From Felis catus (lineage: Eukaryota): a stretch of DNA of 64,000 bases. Shown here one piece after another: positions 1 through 12,968 of this stretch; positions within the stretch are counted from its first letter, which is position 1; each line of letters opens with the position of its first letter. The notes under the pieces are model-generated. The model made no database searches and was not told the DNA's origin. It worked only from the letters and a program-made list of their open reading frames with translations. Made by a program: the position numbers and the translations under genes. The stretch spans positions 21,516,001 to 21,580,000 of the forward strand of contig NC_058369.1 in the NCBI RefSeq assembly GCF_018350175.1, in the 5' to 3' direction.

Positions 1-64
1 TACCACTTTCCTAAACCCGTCACCCTGACAGGAATTCTTACCAAGAGAGCTGCCCCCATTTTAC

Positions 65-166
65 CTTAACCACCGTAGCAGGAGAGATCCCAAAAGGAGA
101 CCAGGGGTCCACAGCTTCCAATTTCATATTTACAGAGAATGAATGAGTGCTAATCACTTGTTTGTC
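65..166 (-). CDS. SFMBT1: SFMBT1 exon 8, 102 nt, DKQVISTHSFSVNMKLEAVDPWSPFGISPATVVK, start of MBT3 core
   Basis: Acceptor tgtttgcatttcag|GACAAA, donor GTTAAG|gtaaaa. MBT motif MKLEAVDP. Confidence 0.96.
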
Positions 167-681
167 CTGAAATGCAAACACCAAGAGGGAATAAAACTAT
201 AGTATTTTCACATTAATTTTATACTCATATATAGCAGAATATTACTCTTAGTTAAAATAACATAACTGTCCAACTTCTGGTAAAGAATTTAATCCTGTAA
301 TTTTCTTTCCTTGAATAAATTATTCAGAAAAAAAATTATTCAGAAAAAATTATTCAAAAAAAAAAAAAGTATTGGAAGTACTCCTACTCTCTCTGTTTGG
401 CACACAAAGGCCATCTGGAGGAAAACAAGTTTATTTTATAACAACTGGGGCTATGTAGTTACAAGTGGAAAAGACAAGACTCAAACACTTTAAGAGAACT
501 CTGGGAGAAAACCTAGACTACCTTTAGAAGAGAAACAGGATGCCCATCACTCAAACCTCTTTCCTCAAACTTCAAACCTCTTTCCTCCTCCAACTATCAC
601 AGTGCATTCACTGACCCCGGGGTTACTGTGCCCTACCCCACTGTGAGAGGTAAGTACTGTCCATCGTGTTTTTGTTCTTAC

Positions 682-776
682 CTTAAATAAGTACGATGGC
701 AGTGGCTCTTCCTCCTCCTCTTTCACTTTGGCCAGGATCTCCTGCCACTCAGCTTCATTCTTTAGATGCTGGATGG
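682..776 (-). CDS. SFMBT1: SFMBT1 exon 7, 95 nt, (A)IQHLKNEAEWQEILAKVKEEEEEPLPSYLFK, MBT3 arm
   Basis: Acceptor cttgttttactaaag|CCATCC, donor TTTAAG|gtaaga. In frame with neighbours. Confidence 0.95.
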
Positions 777-1437
777 CTTTAGTAAAACAAGACAGGATGT
801 TTTAAATGAGGAGAACTTACTTTATAACTGTTTTGACAGCATTCGCGTAAACAAAAAAGTCACTTTCCACGGGGAAAAGAAAGGGCTCCAGCCCACTTAT
901 ACCATCTTCATTCAAAAGAACCTGCATCTTAACTTCAGTACTCTGTCTCCCTTATTCAGAGCGTGGGTAGCAAGTCTGGTGAAAATACCTACAGGGAGAT
1001 TATAAGGATTGCTCTAGGCCACAAAATAACAGAACGTCCAAACTTGCTTTAAACAGTCACTCCTGTTTTGATCTCACTGTTACTTCTTTTAATCACTTTA
1101 ATCCACTTTGAACCAAGACCTAGACTACTCCTATATGTATCTAAATGCTACCTAGAGAATTTTTTGTCAATTTTGGTAAGGAGCTGAGGCAGGAGTCCAT
1201 GAGTACATCAATATGTGTGGCAAGTTACTAATAAACCAAAAAAAAACAAAAAAAAAAAACAAACAAAAAACAAAAAATAGGCACTCAACTGCATACACAT
1301 TTTTTTGAAATCTCTCTATTACACAAAGGTTTTTGTAATATGTAGAGTAATGCGTTTTTCAGTCTTATCAACATTAATAAAAACATACTATGACCATAAT
1401 GTAACAGTTAAAGTTAAAAAGTCCTATTACTCTTCAC

Positions 1438-1684
1438 CTAATGGGGGCTGAAGCTCATATCCCTGTTGAGCAGCCCAACCAACGTGATGAAGAAATGGAT
1501 CCAAGTAATACAACCAAAAGTCAAAACTGTCAGAACTTTCCAGTCCTTCATAGCGCAGCTTCAGCCTTCCTCCGATGTTCTCTACTACCGTAACGATCCA
1601 AGTGCTCAACAAGTCCCGGAAAGCTTGACACTCTAGCCTGGAACCCGGGGCAATGAGATCTAAAGGGTTCCTCCCATTACGGAG
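1438..1684 (-). CDS. SFMBT1: SFMBT1 exon 6, 247 nt, LRNGRNPLDLIAPGSRLE...HHVGWAAQQGYELQPPL, MBT2 core
   Basis: Acceptor cttgtacctacag|CTCCGT, donor CCATTAG|gtgaag. MBT motifs GGRLKLRYEG and HHVGWA. ORF 1427..1696. Confidence 0.96.
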
Positions 1685-2724
1685 CTGTAGGTACAAGATG
1701 TAAAATGATTAAGAGAAGTTAACACAGTATTCTAAAAAGTCAAGTTTTAAATTATCTCAGATTAGCCTTTATATTTTTATCCACTCAAAGTCATGTCACT
1801 GAATGGCCTAATATCATACAAGTCTCTACAGTATTATTTCTAGATGATATGAAAATGTTTATCTTATAGAAAATCTTACTTACAATGCAATGAAACTATT
1901 CTAAGATCTCTAAGACGATGGTATATAGTCTCATCTAATAAGAATTTTTAAAATATCGTCGTTACTGAGTCTTATTACTAAGTCTTACTTAACACTTAGT
2001 CTTACTCTGACACTGGGTTTTCTGCACCCAAGTCAGTATCTACCTGTGTCTGTCTATCTTATATTTTTTGAACAATGGGAGCACTGTATACTCTTTTTTA
2101 ATTTGTGTTTGTTACTGAATACACCACAGCTTTCTTTCTATTATAGTACATATAAATCCTCTTCATTGTGTTAGACCATTTTATTGATAATCTGTGTTAT
2201 AAGTGAGCAGTAATTTACCCACTTATCTACCGATGGCATTTCAGTTGTTTCTGATTTTTCACTCATTTCACAACAATGTTCCTATGAACACAGTGTTTTG
2301 ATTATGCTGATGGAAAGAAAAAGTTTAATTATCACTCTCTAGAAATACATTAAAAGCTACAATAAAGAATAGAAAAGAATGCTGATTCCATTATCACTTA
2401 GTCATTTCTTAATATTCAAACTTACTTTTTCCCCCTAATAAGAACTGCTCTGTGACGCTGCTCACATATTCATATGTATGCAAAAGAATATACGAACAAA
2501 TGGAGAAACACATTCACAGCTAAGTATTAGAATGTCAGAATCATGGTCGATGTAGAGCTGGGTATCTATTAATTCATTGTTCATGATTTCATTCAATCAT
2601 TAGAATTTTACTGTTTACTTAGTATGTGCCAGGCTCTGGCTAAGCATAATGAAATGAGTCTGAGTATAAAATATAAAGATCAGCCGGGAGAGTATTTACC
2701 AATCGAGTTTTAAAGGGGGAATGT

Positions 2725-3225
2725 GAATGGATCACAGAATTAGACATAAGAGTCAAACCTATGAAACACTTAGGAGGAAACATAGGAGTAAATCTTTGTG
2801 CATTAAACAAAGCCTTCTTAGGTATGACACCAAAAGCATAAGCAACAGCAACGAAACAGATAAATTGAGCTACATCAAAATAAACTTTTGTGCTATAAAC
2901 AATATCGTCAAGCAAGTGAAAAGATGATCCACAAAACATCTGGAAATATATCTGGTCTGGAATTGTTATCAGATATAAGGAGCTCTTACAATTCTGTAAT
3001 AAAAAAAAAAAAACAAACCCAATTTAAAAACAGGCAAAGACATTTCCTCCAAAAAGATATACAAATGGCCATCAGTATAGAAAAAGATGCTCAACATCAT
3101 TAGTCATTAGGAAAATGCGTGTCCAAAATTGGATACCACTTCACACTCACTAGCATAGCTATAACCAAAAGAGAGTAACTAGTGTTGGCAAAGATGTAGA
3201 GAAACTGGAACATTCATACATTGCA
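2725..3225 (+). mobile_element. Old L1 (L1M-type) ORF2 3' fragment
   Basis: Degenerate ORF2 C-terminal motifs (ETLRRKH, IKINFCA, RHFLQKDIQMA). Boundaries approximate. Confidence 0.75.
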
Positions 3226-3796
3226 TTTCACATATGCCACAAAGCATGTAAGTGGTAGGACAGAAAGCGACAAAATATAACTTAGAAATGTCATAACCAA
3301 TAAACTGATTTCACAAAGACAAGAAACCTGTATTATATTCACTAACAACCTCAAAAGCTACCCTAATTTAAAAGGATTGTTGAAAGAAGGTAGGTGGTAA
3401 GGATACGATAGGTCCAGGGTCTTCTGAGTGAAAGAAAAGGGGGTCTCAATCCACCTGGGGTGGGAGTTACAAATTCCTGAAGTAGAATCAACACCTGCTC
3501 AGTTACAGAGAGCCCAAAAAGGCCACATTTTCCAACTTCATAAAAGAATCTGGAAAGCTAGATTTTTACGTGTCAGCAACTAATTTGGAATATTTTAGGC
3601 ACTAAGTAAGGCACCAGTTGGCAACTTCTGAGGATACGTTTAAACCCAGCAATACCCACTGTCTACGTCTGTAGTAATGATGCTTATTTGCTTTAGAGTG
3701 CTAAACAAGCAACCAATTTTAAGATTCCTTGGACAAGAAATATCACTGAACATGAAAAGAGTTTTCCACACTGGTTCTGCAAGCAGTAATACTCAC

Positions 3797-3885
3797 GCCC
3801 TCTAGCAGGGGAACAGGAGGGCTACACGCTCCCACCAGGGTCTGCCGCAGAAACTCATCCCAATCAGACACTTTGTCTCTGATGC
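3797..3885 (-). CDS. SFMBT1: SFMBT1 exon 5, 89 nt, (G)IRDKVSDWDEFLRQTLVGACSPPVPLLEG, MBT2 arm
   Basis: Acceptor ttccctcatctag|GCATCA, donor GAGGGC|gtgagt. Keeps frame between exons 4 and 6. Not in the ORF track. Confidence 0.95.
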
Positions 3886-4149
3886 CTAGATGAGGGAATA
3901 AATGAGTGATTACTCATAATGTCAGCTACAGAACACACAGAAACGAAACCTAATACAGAGAAGTTAAACCAGTGAAAATGGTTTAGAGGTGCATTTGTAC
4001 TTTTAATATCTAAGTCCAACATGTTACTTCTTTCAGAGCTTAAAAAAATCCCCAGCTAGATAAAGCTCCTTCCTAATTAGTTTAATAAAAGGGATACACA
4101 AAACAAAAGAGAATACAGTAACAGCGGCCTAATTTTATCCAAAAGCTAA

Positions 4150-4171
4150 CTACTTTATTTTTTTTATTTAT

Positions 4172-4221
<50 letters not shown>

Positions 4222-4402
4222 CGCGCACATGTGAGAGACTGTGGGAGAGGGGCAACAAGAGAGAGGGAAAGAGAATCCCAAGCAGGCTCCGCACTCTGAG
4301 CACAGAGTCTGACGCAGGGCTCGAACGCACAAATTGTGAGATCGTGACCTGAGCCAAAATCAAGAGTCAGACGCTTAACTGACTGAGCCACTCAGGTGCC
4401 CC
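4150..4402 (-). mobile_element. Can-SINE with expanded (CT)n tract
   Basis: tRNA-derived head at the 4402 end, (GA)n at about 4175-4216, T-rich tail. ACTACTTT is repeated on both flanks. Confidence 0.92.
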
Positions 4403-4526
4403 ACTACTTTATTTTTTATCATGGGAATTCTCAAATATATATAGAAGTAGAGAAAATGGTATAATGAATCTCCATGTACCTTAGCTTCAACAACTGTCAC
4501 TTCATGGTCAACTTTTCCATCCAGAC

Positions 4527-4752
4527 CAGGAATTGTTAGCAAACAACAACCTTTGGGCTAACTTTGGTCCACTGTCTATTTTTGTAAATAAGGTTTTATT
4601 GGAACACATCCATGCACATTTGTTTACACACTGTTTGTGGCTGCTTTCACACCACAAAGGTAGTGTTAGGTATCTGTTACAAGGATCACATGGCCTGTAA
4701 AACCTAAAATATTTACTGTCTGGTCCTTTACAGATGTTCTGCCAACCAACCA
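4527..4752 (+). mobile_element. MER58A-like hAT-Charlie MITE
   Basis: Recognised core tttttgtaaataaggttttattggaacac...aaacctaaaatatttactgtctggtcctttacaga. Confidence 0.8.
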
Positions 4753-4844
4753 CAGATTATTTAGAACCCAATTCCTGATATAACTGTATCATATAGTATC
4801 ATGTAATTTCATCCAATATAATCTCAGTGGTTTTTGTGTTTGTT

Positions 4845-5258
4845 TTTGTTTTTTGTAGACAGCGAGCATGAGCTGGGGAGAGGGGCAGAGGGAGAGAGAG
4901 AGAGAAAGAAAATCTTAAACAGGCTCCACACTTAGCCCAGAGCCCAATGCAGGGCTCCATCCCATGATCCTGGGATCATGACCTGAACTAAAATCAAGAG
5001 TCAGATGCTCAGGGTGCTTGGGTGGCTCAATCACGTAAGCGTCCAACTCTTGATGTTGGCTCAGATCACGATTTTGTGGTAGTGGAATCGAGCCCCCGTG
5101 CTGGCTCTGCTCTGGGTGTGGAGCCTGCTTGGAATTCTGTCTCTGCCCCTTCCCCGCTCTCTCTCACGTGCACACACACACACACGCGCGCTCTTTCTCT
5201 CAAAATAAATAAACAAAAACGGTCGAATGCTCAACCAACTGAGCTACCCAGGCGCCCC
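4845..5258. mobile_element. Nested Can-SINEs: minus copy interrupted by a plus copy (about 5012-5218)
   Basis: Outer element breaks at gtcagatgctca (5011) and resumes after gtcgaatgctca (5233), a degenerate TSD. Confidence 0.85.
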
Positions 5259-6060
5259 TCAGTATGTATTTCTAAAAAAATAACTTTTTATGTAAGCACA
5301 ATATGACGCCTTTAAAAATTAATAATTCTTTAATATCAAATATCTAGTCCATGTTTAAATGCCCCCAAATGTCTCACAGTTTTTTCCAATTTGCTTGATC
5401 AAATCAGGATCCCAATGAGATGTACACACTGCAAATGGTTGATTTATTGCTTAAGTCTCTTTTAAGGTGTATGTTCCTTCTCCCCTCCATCTCCCCATTC
5501 TCTTTCTAGCAGCGTATTTGTTGAAAAACAGCCTTTTGTCTGTTTAGCATTTTTTGAGCCTGCTTTTACTGGTAGCCTCCATGTGGGAGGTAACCGGTTG
5601 TTCCAATGACCTCTGTATTCTGTATAAATCAGTGTTTACAGCTACAGGCTTGATCAAATTCAGATTTGACTCTTTTGAGGGGGAGTCAAGAACAGCTCAA
5701 AAGCGGAGTCGTAATCTTCCACCACTTCCATCAGGAAGCAGACTCAGTCTGGTTGTCTCTCCTTTTGTGGTGTTAGCACCTTTTAATGGTCACTACACAG
5801 ATACACGATTCGTTAGGGCTAAACGTGGTGATTTTCCCATCATCCCTTTTTTGTTTACTAACCAAAAATATTCTATGAAGAAAAATTTCTCTTCTTCAAC
5901 TACTTCATTACCTTGCGTTATAGTTCACAGGGAAAAAAAGCAGGATATGTGTTTGATTCTCTATCTTTCCCTGTATTTACCAGCTTTCAAAATCGTCAGT
6001 GGCGTCCCCATCACCCTCCAAAGGCGATCAAGGTGAGTTCTGTTTAAAAGTCACACTAGG

Positions 6061-6287
6061 GGGGCGCCTTGGGTGGCGCAGTCGGTTAAGCGTCCGACTT
6101 CAGCCAGGTCACGATCTCGCGGTCCGGGAGTTCGAGCCCCGCGTCGGGCTCTGGGCTGATGGCTCAGAGCCTGGAGCCTGTTTCCGATTCTGTGTCTCCC
6201 TCTCTCTCTGCCCCTCGCCCGTTCATGCTCTGTCTCTCTCTGTCCCAAAAATAAATAAACGTTGAAAAAAAAATTAAAAAAAAAAAA
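6061..6287 (+). mobile_element. Young felid SINE (SINEC_Fc-type), 16-bp TSD
   Basis: CpG-intact body. TSD taaaagtcacactagg at 6045-6060 and 6288-6303. Confidence 0.96.
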
Positions 6288-8469
6288 TAAAAGTCACACT
6301 AGGAAATTATAGATTAAAGCACATCCGATATGCTTCAGGTCATCGCAGCTGTTCTCCTACTGATGCTCACACTGTCCTGTCTTTAACCAGAAGGAGTCTC
6401 TTTTGATATGACCCTAGTAAACAGGCACTGACATCTTTCTCACTTTTGGTTTGAACGGTGTCCCAGGCTCAGCTGGCACCTTTCCTGCCCCGGTACAAGA
6501 ACCAGCTCCTTCTCCAAGGAGCTCGAATTTGTTTGGGTGAAAATGGTATTCAGAGATCATACTTAGGGTGCTGAGTGCTCGTTTTTAAAAAAATATTCTT
6601 TATACTAAGTTTGTGTTTCTAGTTTTTTTCAGTATCTAGAACGAAGAAACATCCTTTTTTAAAGACATAAATCAGATTAGGAGTTCATATGGACACTGCC
6701 AATACAAATTCATGAAGACATTGTTTCTACTTCATATACCTAAGCTCTGTCTCTTTTCTATCCTGCTGAAAACCCTAGTTCTTTCTTAATTATACATTTC
6801 ATAATGACTTTATTCCACAATACCCAAATATTATTTCAAAATAGTATCAACTTTGCGACCAACAATGATTACTAAAAACAGCTTACTTTCGTTGTTGTTG
6901 TTACGCTATACCCCTATTAGGGATGTACCTTTACTTTAAATTACTGTATTTGAAAGCCAACGAAATAGTTGTCTGAGAGGTCACTTCACAACCTCCATAC
7001 ACAGTTACATTTCTCTGCTGCTTTTGTTTTTGTGGTTTTTTGTTTGTTTGTTTGTTTAGAAATTTCTTTAGAATGTTTTATAGTTCTATAAACTACTTAC
7101 ATAATTCAAAAGTCAAATCTACAAAATAGACACATTCAGAAAATCTAGCTTCTATCCCTTTCCCCACTTCATTCCATTCCCTTGTTTCCCCACAGGTAAC
7201 TTTTTAAAATGATTTATCCTTTTATTTAAAAAAAATGAACTTCACATATACATATTCATATGTTCTCCCCCTCCTTCATTTCTTACACATTTTCTCTTTC
7301 CATAAAATAAGACATCCTGGAGAATGCTCCTGCCTGTATGCAGATGGTCCCCATTTCTTTTTACCAGGCACTGGCAGCTTTTTTCATTATAAAGTATCCT
7401 TTTGTCTCCTGTAATGCTTTCTAATCTGCATTCTACCTTTGTGAAATACCAAGACTGACACTCCTTTCTTTTTTATTTATCTTTGTCCATCCTTGTATTT
7501 TAACCCTTTCAGAATCTTTCCATTTATGTATATCTCCTATAAACAGCACAAAAGTAGGCTTTGCCTTGTGGACCAACCTGAACTTTTTTTTTTACTTTTA
7601 GAAGAGTAAGCCCATTGACATTTATGGATATTATCAATAGGTATGGCTTCAATTCTGTCATATTGTTAAATATCATATAGATTATTGGTGTGTGTGTGTA
7701 TGTATATATAGTCTTTCACTATGTTATCCATTTTATTTGAACATATACTTTTTCTTTTTTTCTTTTTAAAATTTATCTTTTGGCATTTAGAAAGGTTTGC
7801 ATTCATTCTCCTGGTTCCCTTTATACTAATACCTTGATATAACACTTTAGTTCTATTTTTGGACTATTTTCTATTCTTTGATAAAACAGCAGTAACATTA
7901 GCCAAAACTACTTTTTTCTCTTCTTCCTCACCATCTCATTTCAGGCAATAGCCTTTTATTCTCAATTAACATTTAAAAGGTAATTAGCTAAAAAAATAAA
8001 AGGCAATTCAATTACTCTGCAATAAAGCTGGTTTTTAAAAAAAGAAAAAAAAGGCAGTGAGTGAGCTTTACCACTACGCACATGCCCTCCGTACTCTGCT
8101 GTCCCACATTTTTATAGTGACACTGTATCTACATTGCCAGAGTATGTAGCTATTATATATTACACTGTCTCCTTCATACCCTTCATTTAGTTCCAAGTTC
8201 TATAGCTACATATATATTTAATGTTTCATTAACAGTTCTTATGCTGATGCTTCTTCATTCATTGGGTTTTCTAAAGTTCAGTCTCCAGTGGATGTCTTAG
8301 GAAGGGCTCAAAGGAACCTGAATCTTCGTATCTTCATAGCAGTATGCATATGGCCTTTACACCTAAAGTTCAGTGTGACGAGATGTAAAACTCTTGTCTC
8401 ATAGATTCTTTTACTGAATTTCTTAACTATGTTACCCTACTATTTTTTATCAAAAAGCTCAATTGTCAA

Positions 8470-8637
8470 GGGGCATCTGGGTGGCTCAGTTGGTTAAGCG
8501 CCTGACTTCACCCAGGTCATGATCTCGCAGTTCATGGGTTCGAGCCCCGCATCAGACTCTGTGCTGGCAGCTCAGAGCCTGGACCCTGCTTTGGATTCTG
8601 TGTCTCCCTTTCTCTGCCCCTCACCCACTCACGTGCG

Positions 8638-8689
<52 letters not shown>

Positions 8690-8730
8690 AATAAACATTA
8701 AAAAAAGTTAAAAAAAAAAAAAAAAAGAAA
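8470..8730 (+). mobile_element. Can-SINE with (CT)n microsatellite
   Basis: Head ggggcatctgggtggctcag, (CT)n at about 8643-8686, A tail. Confidence 0.92.
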
Positions 8731-9499
8731 AGCACTATTGTCAATTAGTCTGTTGACAATCTTGTTTTCCTTCCTTTTTAAGAAATTTAGACTTTTTGCC
8801 TAGGATTATTTTTTACTTTGAAGTCCAAGTGTCATTAGAACACATCTTGATGTAGCTGTTCTCACTGGATTTTCCCCTGTACATAGTGAGCCCTTTCTAG
8901 ATGTATTTCAAGTCCTATTTTATTTCAGTAAGGTTTTCTTGAATTATAGTTTATAGTATTTTATTGTTTCTCTGTTGCCGTTTTCTTTAGGGACTTTACC
9001 CCGTCTTTTTTCTTTTCTCATATCTTTTTTATTTTGCAATTTTTCTTCCTTTTCATCTGCTATTTCTCTTCAGATATTATCCATGGTAAATTTGCTCCTG
9101 TGTTCATTTTAACTTAGTCTTCATTTCTAATATATATTTTTATATTTCTAGTTCTTGCCTAACTTTTACTTTTTCTCTTTTCAAATCTTCCTTTTCTCCA
9201 ATCATCTCATTTCTGAATTTTTATAAATTTTATTTATACTTTTTCTCACTGCTTCTATCGTTACTACTTTCTCTTAGTTCGTTTTGAAATGTTTTTATGT
9301 GACACAGTGTTCATCTCTTTTGTGGTTATGCTTCTCCAGAAGTATTTTATCCCATCCTTCTCTCTCATTATAATAACCTTGTATTCAACTAAAATCATGT
9401 AAATGAGATGAATTTTCCTAGACTCAAGATGAGATGGTAGGCTAGGTAGCTTCATGTCTCTAGAGCTTCCTTACATTGTTTTGTTTTGTTTTTTTTTTT

Positions 9500-11420
9500 C
9501 ACAAAACACTTAAAAATATGGCAGATAGAAGCCCACAGAACCCCAAGAACCCTAACACCTAAATATTCATTTCAAAAATTTTTTTAATGTTTATTTATTT
9601 TTGAAAGAGAAACAGCATGAGTGGGGGAGGAGCAGAGAGACAGGGAGACAGAATCCGAAGCAGGCTCCAGGCTCTGAGCTGTCAGCACAGAGCCTGATGC
9701 GGGGCTCGAACTCACCAACTGCAAGATCATAACCTGAGCCAAAGTCGGATGCTTAAATGACTGAGCCACCCAGGCACCCCCTAAATATTCATTTCAAAAT
9801 ACCATTATTCACCAAAAGAAACCAGGACTTCTTGGAGAAATGACTGATTTCAGTGCTGAGACAGAGAAAAGCTTCTTGAACTAAAACATAAATTACTCAA
9901 AGAATGATGGGAACATAACAAAGGACACATTAGTGGCAGCTTAAAGGGGTGCCCATTTGCCAAATCTAGGACAATGTGAGCATCAAGATAAATAATGACA
10001 GTAAAGGAACATAACCCATTGAGTAAAATAAGAATTATGAGTCTACACTGACATACATGTGTACGTAAATACACATACACATATATAAGTATATGCATGT
10101 AAGTGGAGGAAAAGGAAAGCTCTTTCTATTGCAGAAAGCCAATTATGAAATGTAGACAGAATTAGATAATGCTATTTGGTAATATTAGAGTAATAATTGT
10201 TTCAGATAAAAATGATCAATCAATGCTAAAAATAGCAGGTAACAGTTTGAAGAGCAATGAGATATTTATATCATCTCAAAGTATCTTCCTACAAGATACT
10301 TATTAATTAAAAGCTGTACAAGTAATTTTATGGTGGAAAAACCTGACATACATCAAATTAGTCAAGTGATGAAAGTTACTGTATCACCAGCTATAGAACA
10401 AACCAACAACAGGTGTCTCATCCTAATAATGACTGATGCCCTAAAGGACACAGTGTCACTTCTGCAGTTTTCCTACCAAAAGTGCATAATCTGAGTCTAA
10501 GGAAACATCAGACAAACCCAAACTGTGGGACAGTCCAAAAGACTAACTGGCTTGTACTCTTCAAAAACATTAACACCAAGAAAGACAAAGAAAGGTTAAG
10601 AAAACTAAAAAGACGTGACAATCAAATACAATGTGTGATCCTGGACTGAATCCTGGACTAGGAAAAGAAACAAGGCATAATCAACATTATTGGGAAAATT
10701 GTCCCATAACTTTCAAAAATGTCAAAGTCACAAAAAACAAAGTCTGAGAAACATCCAGATTAAAGGAATCTTATGAGACATGACACCTGAATACAATACA
10801 TGATCTGGGATTTCCTTTTACTATCAAAACATTATGTGTAAAAACTGAGTAAGATCTACAAATTATAGTGTTAAATCAAAGTTAATTTCTTTATTTTGTT
10901 ATTTTATTGTGCCAATGGATGTCCTTGTTTTTTCTTAAAGATACAATCTTTTAAATTTATTTATGATTATTATTATTTTTTTTTATTTTAGAAAGAGAGT
11001 GCATGCCAAGTGGGAGAGGGGCAGAGGAGGAGAAAAAGAAAATTTCAAACAGACTCCATGCCCAATGCAGAGCCGGAGGCAGGGCTCGATCCCACAATCC
11101 TGGGATTTCCTAAGCTGAAATTGAGAGTTGAACACTCAACCGACTGAGCCACCCAGACGCCCCGTCCTGATTTTTGTAAGAACATTAAAGTAAGAGTAAA
11201 AGGGCATCATGTCTGTAACTGACTTTCAAATGGTTCATTAAAAAATCATGCATGTGTGTGTATGAGAGTGAGAGGGAAGGAGGGAGAAGGAAGGACAACA
11301 TGAGTTTGGTAAAATGTCAACATTTAGGGAAACCTGGCAAAAAGTCTATAAGAATTTTCTATACTATTTTTGCAACTTTTCTGTAAATCTGAAATTATAT
11401 CAAAATAAGTAAAGAAAAAC
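9500..11420 (+). mobile_element. Old L1MC/L1MD-type 3' region with two minus Can-SINEs (about 9578-9781 and 10975-11163)
   Basis: Motifs ccaggacttcttggagaaatgactgatttc, aaacatcagacaaacccaaactg and tactatttttgcaacttttctgtaaatctgaaatt. Subfamily uncertain. Confidence 0.7.
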
Positions 11421-11962
11421 ATATAAGCTCTGGTATTTTCTTGAAGCGTGAAGCCTTTCTTCCCTTTCTCCACCTTTACATGACCCTCTGTCCTGCTTAA
11501 TTTGGATTCTACTCCCAGTAAGGCTCTTTCCTGGAGAGGAACTTCAGTTCCTCATTTTAAGTTAAGACTCATTTTAAGAGTTCATAGGTCCCAGATATAA
11601 CCTAGGGCTGAGAAGATAGAGGACAATAAACTCAGAAGATATCGAGCATCAATAGCATAGCAATCTGGCCCAATGTACTTAAAGACAAACAGACCTACAA
11701 GTCCCAAACTCAGAGAGCCTCACGGTCTTACAAGATGATAAGCAACTGATGCTCCCAATGAGTACCATAAAAACCCAAGGCTTTATGAAGCCCAGAAAAT
11801 AATTTTTAAAAATAGGGAAATGTGCATTATTCCTTATAAATATTTTCATTCAAAATGCTAACCCAAAAAAGTTAGAGAAAGCTATGTGCGTGGAGAATGA
11901 AAACCTCAAGGGTGTAGCCACGGCCATACCATATCATGTCTTGATAACATGTATTTTATTAC

Positions 11963-12203
11963 CTTCCGGGGCTTCAAGGGTCTTCTTGTTCTGCTTACAC
12001 CACCCAATGGGGTAGAGGCCGGCCTTCCTGATGTCACACCAGAAGTCCGCCCTCCGGTCCTCGCCATAGCCATCGTAGCGGAGCAGCAGCAACTGCTCAC
12101 AGGTGGTGATGATGGTGGCAACCCAGTAGGTTTCAGGGTCTGTTTTCACAGCCACCTCCAGCTTCATCCCAGGAGCAAAGCCATTTTGCAAGCGTGTGTC
12201 CAC
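11963..12203 (-). CDS. SFMBT1: SFMBT1 exon 4, 241 nt, [19 protein letters not shown]...[19 protein letters not shown]1 core
   Basis: Acceptor ttccctgttcag|GTGGAC, donor CCGGAAG|gtaata. MBT motifs [22 protein letters not shown]. Confidence 0.97.
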
Positions 12204-12271
12204 CTGAACAGGGAAATTTTATTAACCACCAAATAAGTATCTCAAATGAGTATTTCTTTTGCCATTCTTTT

Positions 12272-12459
12272 CTTTTAAGTTTATTTATTTCGAGGGCGGG
12301 GAGGGGCAGAGAGAGGGAGATAGAGAAAGAATCCTAAGCAGGCTCCTCACTGACAGCATGGATCCAGATGCGGGGCTCGATCCCACAAACTGTGAGATCA
12401 TGACCTGAGCCAAAATCAAGAGTTGGCCGCTTACCCAACTGAGCTAACCCAGGCGCCCC
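12272..12459 (-). mobile_element. Can-SINE about 70 nt upstream of the exon 4 acceptor
   Basis: Reverse-complement SINE head ending ...cccaggcgcccc, with T-rich tail. Confidence 0.9.
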
Positions 12460-12840
12460 TCCGACAGCCTTTTTTAAGACTTACAATTCTGAAGCACTAA
12501 ACGCAATAAAACCTTCTCAAGGGAAACCTGAGAAATTCCAATGCTACCTCACAGGAGTGATCCAAACAAAACAAGGAACAGCAATGCTCCTCTGTTCTAG
12601 CCGACTCCAAAGGAATTTTAACAGAACTCAATATTTTCACAAAAGCAGTCTACTATGATTACAGAAAACGTTTTCTATTAAGTACATAAATCACTAAATG
12701 TTCACTATTTTAATAGCCTTCAACACATTATGTTTTCAAGAGTGATTTCTAGATCATTCCAAAAAGATTTATGATGCTAGAAAAGGGGAAAGACAAAATA
12801 AGCTATAATGATAATAAATTAGTGTAACATGTACCATATG

Positions 12841-12968
12841 TAGAGACCCATACCTCCCAGTTTCCCTCAAATAGTCTATGTTTATACCTGTTTTCCTTGA
12901 ATGATAATTAACAGCGGCCCGTTTCTCTCTCAAAGTGTCCTGATTTAAATGATAAATTATATGATCAC
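12841..12968 (-). mobile_element. MER94-like hAT-Blackjack MITE
   Basis: ctctcaaagtgtcctgatttaaatgataaattatatgatcac resembles the reverse of the MER94 consensus as I recall it. Confidence 0.6.

Noticed and set aside
318..590. Short tandem duplications (aaattattcagaaaaa x3 at 318-369; tcaaacctctttcctc x2 at 551-587)
   Set aside because: Ordinary replication-slippage repeats in intron 7 with no sign of function.
5554..6036. 160-aa plus-strand ORF
   Set aside because: Starts at TTG, has no recognisable domain, and lies in sequence resembling the antisense of old L1MC-type 3' regions.
11906..12236. ORFs 11949..12236 (+) and 11906..12121 (-)
   Set aside because: Antisense and alternate-frame shadows of exon 4. 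The 'M' at 12203 in the track is GTG (Val) directly after a splice acceptor.
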